Source of the DNA: Rhodospirillaceae bacterium
Lineage (GTDB): Bacteria > Pseudomonadota > Alphaproteobacteria > CACIAM-22H2
NCBI GenBank assembly: GCA_022843945.1
Contig: JALHMR010000007.1
Coordinates: forward strand, 116,546 to 180,545
DNA length: 64,000 bases
Reading direction: 5' to 3'
In this document: positions 48,311 through 60,989 of the stretch, in pieces
Numbering within the stretch: position 1 is the stretch's first letter
Layout of the letters: the number at the start of each line of letters is the position of its first letter
Notes under the pieces: model-generated
The model's database searches: none
Told to the model about the DNA's origin: nothing
Seen by the model: the letters and a program-made list of their open reading frames with translations, nothing else
Program-made: the position numbers and the translations under genes

Positions 48311-49912
48311 TCAGTTCGCGACCGGCGCCTTGCGGGCCTTCGGGCGGTTGTGCTCGCGCTCCCAGGCATCGGCCCGCTCGAGGTACTTCTTGAAGCCCTC
48401 GCCGTGCTCGATCAGCTCGGCTTTGAGCTCCGCCGGCAGCGGTTTGGGATCGTTGTAGTCGTCGACCGGCATCTTGCCGGTGCGCACCTCATCCAGCACG
48501 GCGTCGATGGCGCTTGCCGCATGGTACGGCGTCTGCAGGAGGGTGAGCTTGTTCATCTTGCGATGCCCCTCCGGCTGGTGGCAGACCGTGCAGTCGGCGT
48601 TGCGGAAGGCGATGGCCATCTTGCGATAGCTGGCGTCGAGCTCGTCGAGGTTGGGATTGTCGCCGCTGTACATGCCGGAGAACAGGGTCACCTCGGGTTG
48701 CGCCACGTCCTTGTCGTCACGCCACATCCAGTTGCCCATGAACATCGAGCGCGGCACGTGGGCGTAAGGGCCGCGGCGATCCTCGGAGCCGACATCGGCG
48801 CGATACGAGAAGACGACCTTGCCCTGGGGGTCGATGCGGAAGCGCATCTCGTTGGACTGCTCGTAGGCCAGCCACTTCTTCTCGTTGTGCCAGAACGGGT
48901 AGGGGTAGTGGCCGGGCGGCAGGCCGTTGCGGAAATAGGCCTCGATGCCGATGGTGGTCAGCCCGTCCGGCGCCTTCTGGACGCGAAACTTGCCGGTATA
49001 CATGTAGAGCGACATGTACAGGTCCTGATAGATGTCGCCCCGGAAGACGGAGGTCTTCTTGTCCTTCAGCCAGAAGCGGCTGGGCTGCTGGCCGCCGAAG
49101 AGGATGTGGTAATCGCGGAAGCTGGCCTCGGCGCCCTGGCCGATATTCTTGCGGCAGGAATCATGCGCGGCGACGTCGGCTGGCGAGGCCATCGGGCAGG
49201 CCTTGGCCAGCGAGGCGGCGAGCTCGGCGGCGTACTTGCTGTGGTCGAACTGGGCCTGGGAAAATACAGGGCTGGGCACCAGGGCGATCAGCAGCGCGGC
49301 GCCAACGCCGGCGCGGGCCGCTGACGGCAGGCCGTCGCGCCAGCGGCGGGGCAGCATGGAGCGCAGCACGCCGTCATTGCGCATCATCGAGTGGTAGACG
49401 ATCGCCGCCAGGGCATGCATGACAATCAGGGTCAGGAGGCCGTAGGCGGCCACCTGCTTCCAGCCATAGATCGTCATGGCCAGCTTGCGGTCGTAATAGA
49501 CCGCGCTCGGCATCTCCAGCGCCTCCACGCCCTCGAAGCCGAAGAGGTAGAGGGGCAGGCCCTTGGCGTCGAGATACAGGTAGCCGAGCACCGGCACGGT
49601 AAGTAGCAGCAGGTAGAGCGCCGCGTGCGCCGCTTTGGCGCCGAGCCGCAGGAGCAGGGGGACGCCCGTCTCGGGACGGGGCAGGCGTGCTTTGAAGAGA
49701 CGCCAGAGGAGACGCAGGACCACCACGACGAAGACCGTCGTGCCCAGCGTCTTATGCAGCGCAATCGAGCCTTTGACGATGCCGGGGAACAGGGCGAGGA
49801 CGAAGAGGGCCAGTACCAGGAAGACCGTGATCCAGTGAAAGGCGATGCTGACCGAATCGTAGGTGTTGCCGGCCGCTGTCTGCGTCTGCATGCTTCCCCT
49901 CCCATAACTCAC
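48311..49912 (-). CDS. Cytochrome b561-family membrane domain with a ~350-aa C-terminal extension carrying a single CxxCH heme-c motif
   Basis: The N-terminal 180 aa have four transmembrane helices with b561 His ligands (FHWITV, HKTLG, AHAALY, MHALAAIVYH). A fifth transmembrane segment follows, then a soluble domain with ...NADCTVCHQPEGH... near the C-terminus. Confidence 0.75.
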   Translation of the reverse strand: MSYGRGSMQTQTAAGNTYDSVSIAFHWITVFLVLALFVLALFPGIVKGSIALHKTLGTTVFVVVVLRLLWRLFKARLPRPETGVPLLLRLGAKAAHAALYLLLLTVPVLGYLYLDAKGLPLYLFGFEGVEALEMPSAVYYDRKLAMTIYGWKQVAAYGLLTLIVMHALAAIVYHSMMRNDGVLRSMLPRRWRDGLPSAARAGVGAALLIALVPSPVFSQAQFDHSKYAAELAASLAKACPMASPADVAAHDSCRKNIGQGAEASFRDYHILFGGQQPSRFWLKDKKTSVFRGDIYQDLYMSLYMYTGKFRVQKAPDGLTTIGIEAYFRNGLPPGHYPYPFWHNEKKWLAYEQSNEMRFRIDPQGKVVFSYRADVGSEDRRGPYAHVPRSMFMGNWMWRDDKDVAQPEVTLFSGMYSGDNPNLDELDASYRKMAIAFRNADCTVCHQPEGHRKMNKLTLLQTPYHAASAIDAVLDEVRTGKMPVDDYNDPKPLPAELKAELIEHGEGFKKYLERADAWEREHNRPKARKAPVAN

Positions 49913-50093
49913 GGTAACGCGCGATGCTGCGGGGCGCTGACCTGTGTATGCGTGATGGAGTTCGGCTGTGGCCCCAAATCACCCGCCGTCGCAAGAGTCG
50001 CGCAGATAAGAATTGTAAGCAATGGCTTTGTTCGACGGCGCGCGGGGTCTTGTCGGCGTGGCGCGAGGCGGATCGCTGCGCTACGCTGCACCC

Positions 50094-50585
50094 ATGTCGG
50101 GCAAGCCCGAGATCCATCAGCTTTCCAACCGCGCGCTTCTGCCGCTGCTGGTCTATCGCGGCGTGCTGGCGCTTGACGGCGACGCCGCTTCGGCGTGCGA
50201 AAACCTTTTCGAGAAGCACGGCTGGGGCAACGGCTGGCGCAACGGCATCTTCGGCTACGACCATTTCCACGCCACGGCCCACGAGGTGCTGGGCATCGTG
50301 CGCGGCCGGGTGCGCGTGCGCTTCGGTGGCGATGGCGGCCTGGAAGCAGAGGTTTCGGCCGGCGACGTGGTGGTCATCCCGGCCGGCGTCGCGCATCGCA
50401 ATCTCGGTGCCAGCCGCGATCTCCTGGTGATCGGCGCCTATCCCGGCGGCACGCATCCTGACCGCAACACCGGCACGCCGGACGCGCGCGCGATCGACAC
50501 CGTGATGCGCGTGCCGCAGCCGGCGCAGGACCCGGTCTGCGGGGCCGGTGGCCCGCTGCTCGACGCCTGGAGCGCGGCGCGCTAA
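50094..50585 (+). CDS. Cupin-domain protein
   Basis: The likely start is the internal Met (MSGKPEIHQ). Cupin motifs GYDHFHATAHEVLGIVRGRVRVRFGG...VVVIPAGVAHRN. Confidence 0.7.
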   Translation: MSGKPEIHQLSNRALLPLLVYRGVLALDGDAASACENLFEKHGWGNGWRNGIFGYDHFHATAHEVLGIVRGRVRVRFGGDGGLEAEVSAGDVVVIPAGVAHRNLGASRDLLVIGAYPGGTHPDRNTGTPDARAIDTVMRVPQPAQDPVCGAGGPLLDAWSAAR

Positions 50586-51442
50586 CCCAGTTCCAGGCTG
50601 CTGATACCGAAGATGCCGCGCCGGGCCACGACGGGTGCGGGGCCCATATACATGCGCGCCGTGTCGAACACCGGCGTGAGGCTGAAATTCTCGTAGAGAC
50701 GGCGCGCCGCGGCATTGGGCTCCGGTGCGTCGATGTAGACCGGGCCGCCCACCGCCTGCTCCGCGAGCTTGAGGAACAGCGCTTCGGCCGCCGATTCGTC
50801 GTCGGCGAAAAGCGGGCCGATCCTGTGGCCCTCGCGGCACGGTCGGATGACGCCGTAGCCGGCGAGCGCGCCGTCGCGCTGGAGGGCCACTGCCGAGGTG
50901 CCGGGCCGGGTGGCCCACAGCCGCAGGAAAGCGGGGCGGGGGGCGGGGAAATGCTTGCGGTCGTAAGCCTCGAGGGCGGCGGGCGAGACGCCGGCCAGGG
51001 GCAGCAGCGTGCCGGCGTGGCGGTTGATCTTGGGCAGCGAGCCGAGACGGCCGCCGTAGCGCTGGTTGCGCCAGGCGAGCGCGAATCCGGACTTCTGGTA
51101 GTTGGCCTGCTGCGCCACCACGCCGTCGAGGCCGACCACCGAGCCGTTGGCGCGCATCAGGCCGGCGCGCCAGGTCTTGAGTCCGTAACCGCGGCCGCGG
51201 AACTCCTTCTTCACGATGTAGAAGCCGAGGAAGGCGAAGTCGCCGGGATAGGTGACGACCGAGATGCAGCTCACCGGCTCGCCGTTGCGCTCGCCGACCA
51301 GGAAGCCGTCGGGGTCGGGCGCCAGGAAGCAGGGCGCGTCGTGCAGACCCGGGTTCCAGCCCTCCTCCGCCGCCCAGTCGAGCGCCAGCGCCAGGTCGTC
51401 CGGCCCCATGGTGCGCAGGCTCAGGTCTTCCGGCGCGTTCAT
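50582..51442 (-). CDS. GNAT-family N-acetyltransferase (tandem GNAT domains)
   Basis: The start is the internal Met MNAPEDLSL with a GAGGGGA RBS. Acetyl-CoA-binding motif FRGRGYGLKTW. The upstream part of ORF 50582..51790 looks non-coding. Confidence 0.75.
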   Translation of the reverse strand: MNAPEDLSLRTMGPDDLALALDWAAEEGWNPGLHDAPCFLAPDPDGFLVGERNGEPVSCISVVTYPGDFAFLGFYIVKKEFRGRGYGLKTWRAGLMRANGSVVGLDGVVAQQANYQKSGFALAWRNQRYGGRLGSLPKINRHAGTLLPLAGVSPAALEAYDRKHFPAPRPAFLRLWATRPGTSAVALQRDGALAGYGVIRPCREGHRIGPLFADDESAAEALFLKLAEQAVGGPVYIDAPEPNAAARRLYENFSLTPVFDTARMYMGPAPVVARRGIFGISSLELG

Positions 51443-51509
51443 TCCCCTCGTCCCCCTTATCCGCCTGCGACCGTAGCCGGGCCTTGCGATGGTCGCAAGG
51501 CGCAGAACC

Positions 51510-53117
<1,608 letters not shown>

Positions 53118-53120
53118 CGC

Positions 53121-54989
<1,869 letters not shown>

Positions 54990-55138
54990 GGGAGGCGGCG
55001 TGATAGCACAGACGGGGCGCGGAAGCGACTGCCGGAGTTGGCGTCTAACTATCTGGAAAAACAACTCGATTTTCGTCCTGCGTGCAAAGCCGGACGGCCT
55101 GCCTATACTGGCCCGCGCCATCAAGTCGGGGGAGCGTG

Positions 55139-55792
55139 ATGATGCGAGTCGGGGGACGGGTGCTGCGTGCATGCGTGGTGGGAGCGGCCCTGCTGGCCAG
55201 CGCCTGCACCCATCTTCAGGCGACCATCGATGACCTGCAGCCGCCCCCGGCGCCGGCGCGCGCCGAGGCGCCGCTTCCCGGTACGTATCGCGTGTCCACG
55301 CCCGGCATAGCCGAGCGCAGCATGGTTCTCGTCGGCGAACTAAGGGCGGTCGGTGCCACGCGGGAAGGAACGAAATTCACCGTCACGATCCCCTACGGGG
55401 ATACGCTGCGCAAATCCTTGGAGGCTGGCGTCCGCAGCACGGTCGAAGCGGTGCAGCCAGAGGCTGGCGAGAATGCGGCGCTGATCGAGATCCGGCTGCT
55501 CTCGGCCGGCGGCAGCATCAACTACAGCGGCAACCTGAGCAGCTACAGGCAGAGCGCCTCGGCTTACATGAACTTTGACGTCGAGATCGTCTTGCGCGAC
55601 CGCCTGGGCCGGGAGACGAAAAAGGCCGTCGGGGTGAATACGCCCGGCTACTACTCCTCGTCTTTCTCGGGCGCCTATTTTGCAATCCGCGGTGCGGCGA
55701 AGGATGCAACGGAGAAGGCCATCGCGGCGCTGACGGCCAAGGTGATGGAAGAAGTTGCAGTCCTGTCGCAGAGGACCGTCGAGCTGCGCTAG
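55139..55792 (+). CDS. Hypothetical lipoprotein
   Basis: Lipobox LLASAC at the internal Met MMRVGGRVLRACVVGAALLASAC. Confidence 0.5.
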   Translation: MMRVGGRVLRACVVGAALLASACTHLQATIDDLQPPPAPARAEAPLPGTYRVSTPGIAERSMVLVGELRAVGATREGTKFTVTIPYGDTLRKSLEAGVRSTVEAVQPEAGENAALIEIRLLSAGGSINYSGNLSSYRQSASAYMNFDVEIVLRDRLGRETKKAVGVNTPGYYSSSFSGAYFAIRGAAKDATEKAIAALTAKVMEEVAVLSQRTVELR

Positions 55793-56235
55793 CGCGAGCG
55801 CCGGCCGACAGCCGATGCGAGCGCGTCAAGGATCGGCCGCTGTCCCTTGAGGATCTTGGCGTGGGCAGTCTCGAGGTCGAACCAGCCGGCGCGGTCGATT
55901 TCGGGGAAGGCGGCCCGCCGGCCCGATCGCGGCGGCCATTCCATCTCGAACAGGTTGCTTTTGAGCGCCGCCGGGTCAGCCCCGCCTTCGGCCGCCCAGG
56001 CGTGGACGATCTTGCCGCCTGGCTGCTTGAAGGCGCCCAGCGCGTGGAACGGTCCCGCGACCTCGAATCCCGTCTCCTCGCCGAACTCGCGACGGGCGGC
56101 GGCCAGCGGCTCCTCGTCCGCTTCGACCGCTCCCTTGGGAATCGTCCAGGCGCCGTCGTCCTTCTTCTTCCAGAAGGGCCCGCCGGGATGAACGAGGAAA
56201 AGCTCGATCCCTCCCTTGGCGGATCGATAGAGCAA
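55789..56235 (-). CDS. NUDIX hydrolase (copy 1)
   Basis: The Nudix box region reads GAVEADEEPLAAARREFGEETGF. Confidence 0.8.
   Translation of the reverse strand: MLYRSAKGGIELFLVHPGGPFWKKKDDGAWTIPKGAVEADEEPLAAARREFGEETGFEVAGPFHALGAFKQPGGKIVHAWAAEGGADPAALKSNLFEMEWPPRSGRRAAFPEIDRAGWFDLETAHAKILKGQRPILDALASAVGRRSR
55795..56215. repeat. Direct repeat copy A (~0.42 kb, near-identical at the nucleotide level to 59724..60170)
   Basis: Shared stretches such as GACCGCTCCCTTGGGAATCGTCCAGGCGCCGTCGTCCTT and GGCGGCCATTCCATCTCGAACAGGTTGCT. The encoded NUDIX proteins are about 85-90 % identical. Confidence 0.7.
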
Positions 56236-56309
56236 GATACCGGCGCTGATTACTCCGCTTGCTCATGGCAACTCATTACCGCAAAAAAGGCCGGGGACAG
56301 AGCGTCAAT

Positions 56310-56531
56310 ATGAACAGGGAAAGCGCCCGGCTCGGCGCCTGGCCCGCGATCAAGCGGCGCCCCACGGCGCGCGAGACCTATAGCCGCAGCGGCAAGTTTT
56401 TCATCGTCGATGCGGTCAACTATGGGCTGGTCATCGTGCGCCCCCAGACCTCACCGCCGGAGGTCGAGATCCGCTTTGTCGGCCTGGACAACGCAGTGCG
56501 TCACACACGGACCCTGCGCGCTTCCGTCTAG
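56310..56531 (+). CDS. Small hypothetical protein (73 aa)
   Basis: MNRESARLGAWPAIKRRPTARETYSRSGKFFIVDAVNYGLVIVRPQTSPPEVEIRFVGLDNAVRHTRTLRASV. Third-position GC bias is coding-like but I find no recognised family. Confidence 0.3.
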   Translation: MNRESARLGAWPAIKRRPTARETYSRSGKFFIVDAVNYGLVIVRPQTSPPEVEIRFVGLDNAVRHTRTLRASV

Positions 56532-56718
56532 GTCGTCGTCGACAGGCTGGCGAGCAGCGCGGTTACGATCGCGCGTGAGAGGCGGCGTGACAGCCTGACG
56601 GGCGGCGGTGCGACCGCAGGAATAGGCAGTCTGGCCTACTTTTGGCGCCTGGCCGCTCGCTATCCCGCTGCGCCGGATTTGGAGTGTTGACTCCCCGAAG
56701 GCGGATGTTCCACACTTA

Positions 56719-56751
56719 ATTGTCCGACAAATAATAGTCAGTTGTCCGACA
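56719..56751. promoter_or_regulatory. Two copies of the palindromic box TTGTCCGACAA, 11 bp apart, upstream of the TRAP operon (GntR/FadR-type operator shape)
   Basis: aaTTGTCCGACAAataatagtcagTTGTCCGACAAtac lies 35 bp upstream of the dctP RBS, in a non-coding gap. Confidence 0.45.
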
Positions 56752-56785
56752 ATACGTGTCACGGCATCCTCCCAGGGAGAAAACG

Positions 56786-57763
56786 ATGATTTACCGAATT
56801 GCTTTTAGCCTGGTTGCCGCCGCTCTCGGCCTCGCACTGGCCGCCGGCGCCCAGGCCCAGCAGACGCTGCGCATGAGCATCTCCATCCAGCAGAACTCGC
56901 ATTACGGCGTGGCGGTGGACGCCATGGCGCGGGAGATCGAGAGGCGCACCGCCGGGCGCTACAAGATGCAGAACTTCTATGCCAGCGCGCTGGGCGCCGA
57001 GCGCGAGGCGATCGAGGGCGTTCAGCTCGGCACCATCGACCTGACCATGACCTCGACCGGCCCGATCCCCAACTTCGTGCCGGAAGTGTCGATCCTCGAC
57101 ATCCCCTTCCTGTTCCGCGACTACGCCCATGCCCGCGCCGTGCTCGACGGTCCCATCGGCACCGAGATGCTCGGCAAGTTCGACTCCAAGGGCATGAAGG
57201 CGCTCACCTGGGCGGAGAACGGCTTCCGCCACATGACCAACAACAAGCGGCCGGTCCATGCGCCGGCCGACCTCAGCGGCCTGAAGCTGCGCACCATGGA
57301 GAACCCGGTGCATATCCAGGCTTACAAGGGCTTCGGCATCATCCCGACGCCGATGGCGATCAGCGAGGTCTTCACCGCCCTCCAGCAGGGCACGGTCGAC
57401 GGCCAGGAGAACCCGATCTCCTCGATCCAGGGCCAGAAGTTCGACCAGGTGCAGAAGCACCTCTCGCTGACCGGCCACGTCTATTCGCCGGCGGTCATCC
57501 TGATGAACAAGGGCAAGTGGGATGCGCTGCCGGCGGCCGACAAGACAGCCTTCGTCGAAGCCTCCAAGGTGGCGGTCCAGGCCAACCGGGCACGCATCGA
57601 GTCCGACGAGGCGGGCGGCGTGGCCTACTTCCGCTCCAAGGGCATGGAGGTGGTGGAGAACGTCGATCGCGCCAAGTTCCAGGCAGCCCTGGCGCCGGTG
57701 TTCGTCGAGTTCAGCAAGAAGTTCGGCGAAGCGAACATCGCCCGTATCCGCGACTATAAGTAA
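56786..57763 (+). CDS. dctP: TRAP transporter substrate-binding protein DctP family
   Basis: A GGGAGAAAAC RBS and signal peptide. The DctP fold shows in ...MTSTGPIPNFVPEVSILDIPFLF. Confidence 0.85.
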   Translation: MIYRIAFSLVAAALGLALAAGAQAQQTLRMSISIQQNSHYGVAVDAMAREIERRTAGRYKMQNFYASALGAEREAIEGVQLGTIDLTMTSTGPIPNFVPEVSILDIPFLFRDYAHARAVLDGPIGTEMLGKFDSKGMKALTWAENGFRHMTNNKRPVHAPADLSGLKLRTMENPVHIQAYKGFGIIPTPMAISEVFTALQQGTVDGQENPISSIQGQKFDQVQKHLSLTGHVYSPAVILMNKGKWDALPAADKTAFVEASKVAVQANRARIESDEAGGVAYFRSKGMEVVENVDRAKFQAALAPVFVEFSKKFGEANIARIRDYK

Positions 57764-57879
57764 GCAACGAGGCCCGGGTGAGCGCCGACGGTCTCCTCCC
57801 ACCGGCGCCGCACCCCGCCATCGGGGGCGCCCGGCCCGCCTCGGCGCGGGCCGGCGCCTTTTCCTCTATCCTGGCACCC

Positions 57880-58374
57880 ATGAAGGCTACTCTGCTGGCC
57901 GTCGAGCGGCGGACCACCGACCTGGCAATGCGGGCGTCCTGTGCCATGCTGGTCGTCGCGGCCTGCATTGGCATGTACCAGATCATCACGCGGTTCGTGC
58001 TGCATCAGCCGGCCGAGTGGTCCGAGGTCTCGGTGCGGCTGGCGCTGATCTGGATGGTGTTCCTCGGCATTCCCATGGCTTTTCGCGAAGGCGCCATGGT
58101 CTGCGTCGACTTGCTCTACCGGAAGGGCGGCGCGCGCCTGCGCCGCGTGCTCGATACGCTGATCCTGGTCACCAGCCTGACGCTGGTGCTGGTGATCATC
58201 TGGTTCGGTACGGAATATGCCTGGCGGACCCGCTTTCAGACCATTCCGGGGATGGAATCGTTCACCATCATCTGGGGCTACGCGGCGATGCCGGTGGGGG
58301 CGGTCTTCTCGATTCTCTCGATCATCGCCCAGTGGCTGCAGCCCCGCCGCCACGATCTTGAGACGGCGCAATGA
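57880..58374 (+). CDS. dctQ: TRAP transporter small permease DctQ family
   Basis: Four transmembrane helices. The likely start is the internal Met MKATLLAVERR of ORF 57778. Confidence 0.7.
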   Translation: MKATLLAVERRTTDLAMRASCAMLVVAACIGMYQIITRFVLHQPAEWSEVSVRLALIWMVFLGIPMAFREGAMVCVDLLYRKGGARLRRVLDTLILVTSLTLVLVIIWFGTEYAWRTRFQTIPGMESFTIIWGYAAMPVGAVFSILSIIAQWLQPRRHDLETAQ

Positions 58375-58412
58375 CCGCCGGCTGCGCAACCTTGAAGTAG
58401 GACAGGGCTGCC

Positions 58413-59723
58413 ATGGCGACCGCAATGCTCGTGACCATGTGCCTGTGCTTCGCGCTATCGATTTCGGTCGCGGTGTCGATCGGGCTCTCGGCGCTGCTCG
58501 GCGCCTGGCTGTCGAACGTCAACATGCTGATCTCCGTCAAGGAGATGTACGCTTCGATCAACAAGTTCCCGCTGGCCGCCATTCCCTTCTTCATCCTCGC
58601 GGGTAACCTGATGGAGACCGGCGGCATCTCCAAGCGCCTGGTGGATTTCGCCAAGTCGGTGGTGGGCGGCGTGCAGGGCGGGCTGGCGGCGACCTGCGTG
58701 TTGACCTGCATGATCTTCGCCGCGGTGTCCGGCTCGAGCGTCGCCACCACCTTCGCCATCGGCGCCATCTTGATTCCGGCGCTGATTCAGCACGGCTATC
58801 CCCGCAACTACGCGGCGGCGCTGCAGGCGACTTCGGCCGAACTCGGCGTCGTCATACCGCCGTCGATTCCGATGATCATCTTCGGCGTCTCGGCCGAAGT
58901 GTCGATCGGCGAACTGTTCATCGCCGGGTTCGGCCCGGGCATCCTGATCGGTGTGGCGCTGATGATCTTCGTCATCATCTACGCCCGCTTGAAGGGCTAT
59001 GGCAAACGCGACCACGAAGGGCGGCTGCCTCTCCTCACCGCCACCCGCCAGGCTGGGTTTGCCCTGCTCATGCCCGTCATCATTCTCGGCGGCATCTATG
59101 GCGGCATCTTCACCCCCACCGAGGCGTCGGTGATGGCGGTGTTCTATGCCTTGATCGTCGGCATGGTCCTCCACCAGGAGCTGAGCTGGGCCGCCCTGGG
59201 CCCGATCCTGCGAAAATCGGCGGTGTCGTCGGCGGTGATCCTGTTCATCATCGCCAATGCCGGCCTGTTCAGCTACCTGATCACCCGGGCCGGCGTGCCC
59301 GATCAGATCGGCTCTTACCTGCGCGAAGTGCTCGACAGCCCGGCGGTATTCCTTCTCGGCGTGAACGTGGCCTTGTTCATCATCGGCATGTTCATCGAGA
59401 CCTCGGCGTCGATCATCGTCCTGGCACCGATGCTCGTACCGGTGGCCATCAGCTTCGGGATCGACCCCGTGCATTTCGGCCTGATCATGGTGGTCAACCT
59501 GGCTCTGGGCATGATAACGCCGCCGTTCGGGGTCAACCTGTTCGCCGCGTGCACGGTCGCCCGCATCACGCTCGACGAGATCGTGCCCCGCCTGCTGCCT
59601 TTCGTCCTGGTCGTGCTCGGCTGCCTGATGATCATCACCTACGTGCCGTCGATCTCGCTGACCCTGCGCGACTGGGCGTATCCGATGTCGGCGCAAAACG
59701 CCCCGGCGGCGCAGCCGCGCTAG
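58413..59723 (+). CDS. dctM: TRAP transporter large permease DctM family
   Basis: 436 aa with 12 or more transmembrane helices and the DctM family pattern. Confidence 0.85.
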   Translation: MATAMLVTMCLCFALSISVAVSIGLSALLGAWLSNVNMLISVKEMYASINKFPLAAIPFFILAGNLMETGGISKRLVDFAKSVVGGVQGGLAATCVLTCMIFAAVSGSSVATTFAIGAILIPALIQHGYPRNYAAALQATSAELGVVIPPSIPMIIFGVSAEVSIGELFIAGFGPGILIGVALMIFVIIYARLKGYGKRDHEGRLPLLTATRQAGFALLMPVIILGGIYGGIFTPTEASVMAVFYALIVGMVLHQELSWAALGPILRKSAVSSAVILFIIANAGLFSYLITRAGVPDQIGSYLREVLDSPAVFLLGVNVALFIIGMFIETSASIIVLAPMLVPVAISFGIDPVHFGLIMVVNLALGMITPPFGVNLFAACTVARITLDEIVPRLLPFVLVVLGCLMIITYVPSISLTLRDWAYPMSAQNAPAAQPR

Positions 59724-60178
59724 GCGAGCGCGGCCAGCAGCGCGGTCACGATCGGGCGCTGTCCTTTCAGGATCTTGATCAGGGCGGTATCGGCGTCGAA
59801 CCAGCCGGCCCGGTCGATTTCCGGGAATGCCGCGCGGCGGCCCGACCGCGGCGGCCATTCCATCTCGAACAGGTTGCTCTTGAGCGCCGCCGGATCGGCG
59901 TCGCCTTCGGCAGCCCAGGCGTGGACGATCTTGCCGCCGGGCTGCCTGAAGGCGCCCAGCGCGCGGAACGGCCCCTCAACCCCAAATCCCGTCTCCTCGC
60001 CGAATTCGCGAAGCGCGGCGGCCAGCGGCTCCTCGTCCGCTTCGACCGCTCCCTTGGGAATCGTCCAGGCGCCGTCGTCCTTGTTCTTCCAGAACGGCCC
60101 GCCGGGATGGACGAGGAACACCTCGGGGCCGTTGCCGCCGCGGCGATGGAGGAGGATGCCTGCGCTTTGCTTGGCCAT
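59720..60178 (-). CDS. NUDIX hydrolase (copy 2)
   Basis: Start at the internal Met MAKQSAGILLHRRG. Nudix box GAVEADEEPLAAALREFGEETGF. Confidence 0.8.
   Translation of the reverse strand: MAKQSAGILLHRRGGNGPEVFLVHPGGPFWKNKDDGAWTIPKGAVEADEEPLAAALREFGEETGFGVEGPFRALGAFRQPGGKIVHAWAAEGDADPAALKSNLFEMEWPPRSGRRAAFPEIDRAGWFDADTALIKILKGQRPIVTALLAALA
59724..60170. repeat. Direct repeat copy B (pairs with 55795..56215)
   Basis: See copy A. Both copies share orientation and flank dctPQM. Confidence 0.7.
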
Positions 60179-60245
60179 GGTCTGCGATCTTAGCGTTGCA
60201 TCGTCGTCAGGCCGATGGGCGATAAAAGGGGGGAGGAGACGTCCC

Positions 60246-60989
60246 ATCGAGTCGCTGACACCCGCCGCTCTCGCATACTGCGCCATTGTTCTCGTACTCT
60301 CCTACGGCCTGCGCGGCACCGCGGGCTTCGGCAGCGTGGTGGCCATGCCGCTGCTCGCCCTGGTCATCCCGATGAAGATCCTGGTGCCGGCCTGGACGCT
60401 GATGGGCATCGCCTCGTCGCTGACTGTGCTCGGCCGCGACCGGGCGCATATCGTGGTCAGGGACCTGGGCCGCATCCTGCCGGCCTGCATCCTGGGCATC
60501 GGCCTCGGACTCTATGTCTTTGCCACGCTCGACACCGACACCTTGGCGCGGGGATTGGGCATCGCCATCATCCTCTACGGGATGTATTCGCTGTGGAGCG
60601 GCGGCAAGGCCGACCCCGCGCAGCCACGCTCACCGCGCCTCGTCGGTCCGATATCGGGCATCCTCGGCGGCATCACCGGGGCCACCTTCGGCACCATGGC
60701 CAGCCTGTTCTTTGCGGTCTATCTCGACGCGCTGCGTGTCACCAAGGTCCAGTTCCGCGCCACCATGTCGGCGCTGCTGCTCACCCTCGGCACCGTCCGG
60801 GGCCTCGGTTACTACGCGGTGGGAGAGTTCAGCCTCGAGGCCCTGATCCTGTTCGCCGCCGGCCTGCCGCTGATGCTGCTTGGCATGTACCTGGGCGACC
60901 GCATCCACGCCCGGATCAGCGAAAGCGTGTTCCGGCGCCTGGTCAGCGCCATCCTGATCGTCAGCGGCATCGCCCTTCTTATTCGCTGA
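60246..60989 (+). CDS. TauE/SafE-family exporter (second paralog); start codon unresolved
   Basis: LTPAALAYCAIVLVLSYGLRGTAGFGSVVAMPLLAL and the rest of the TauE topology. No in-frame ATG, GTG or TTG lies upstream of the first transmembrane helix in my reading. Confidence 0.65.
   Translation: MESLTPAALAYCAIVLVLSYGLRGTAGFGSVVAMPLLALVIPMKILVPAWTLMGIASSLTVLGRDRAHIVVRDLGRILPACILGIGLGLYVFATLDTDTLARGLGIAIILYGMYSLWSGGKADPAQPRSPRLVGPISGILGGITGATFGTMASLFFAVYLDALRVTKVQFRATMSALLLTLGTVRGLGYYAVGEFSLEALILFAAGLPLMLLGMYLGDRIHARISESVFRRLVSAILIVSGIALLIR

Noticed and set aside
56719-56751. Repeated TTGTCCGACAA boxes considered as a possible CRISPR or mini-array
   Set aside because: There are only two copies, each an 11-bp palindrome, with no spacers of CRISPR size and no cas genes. 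It is better explained as a transcription-factor operator.
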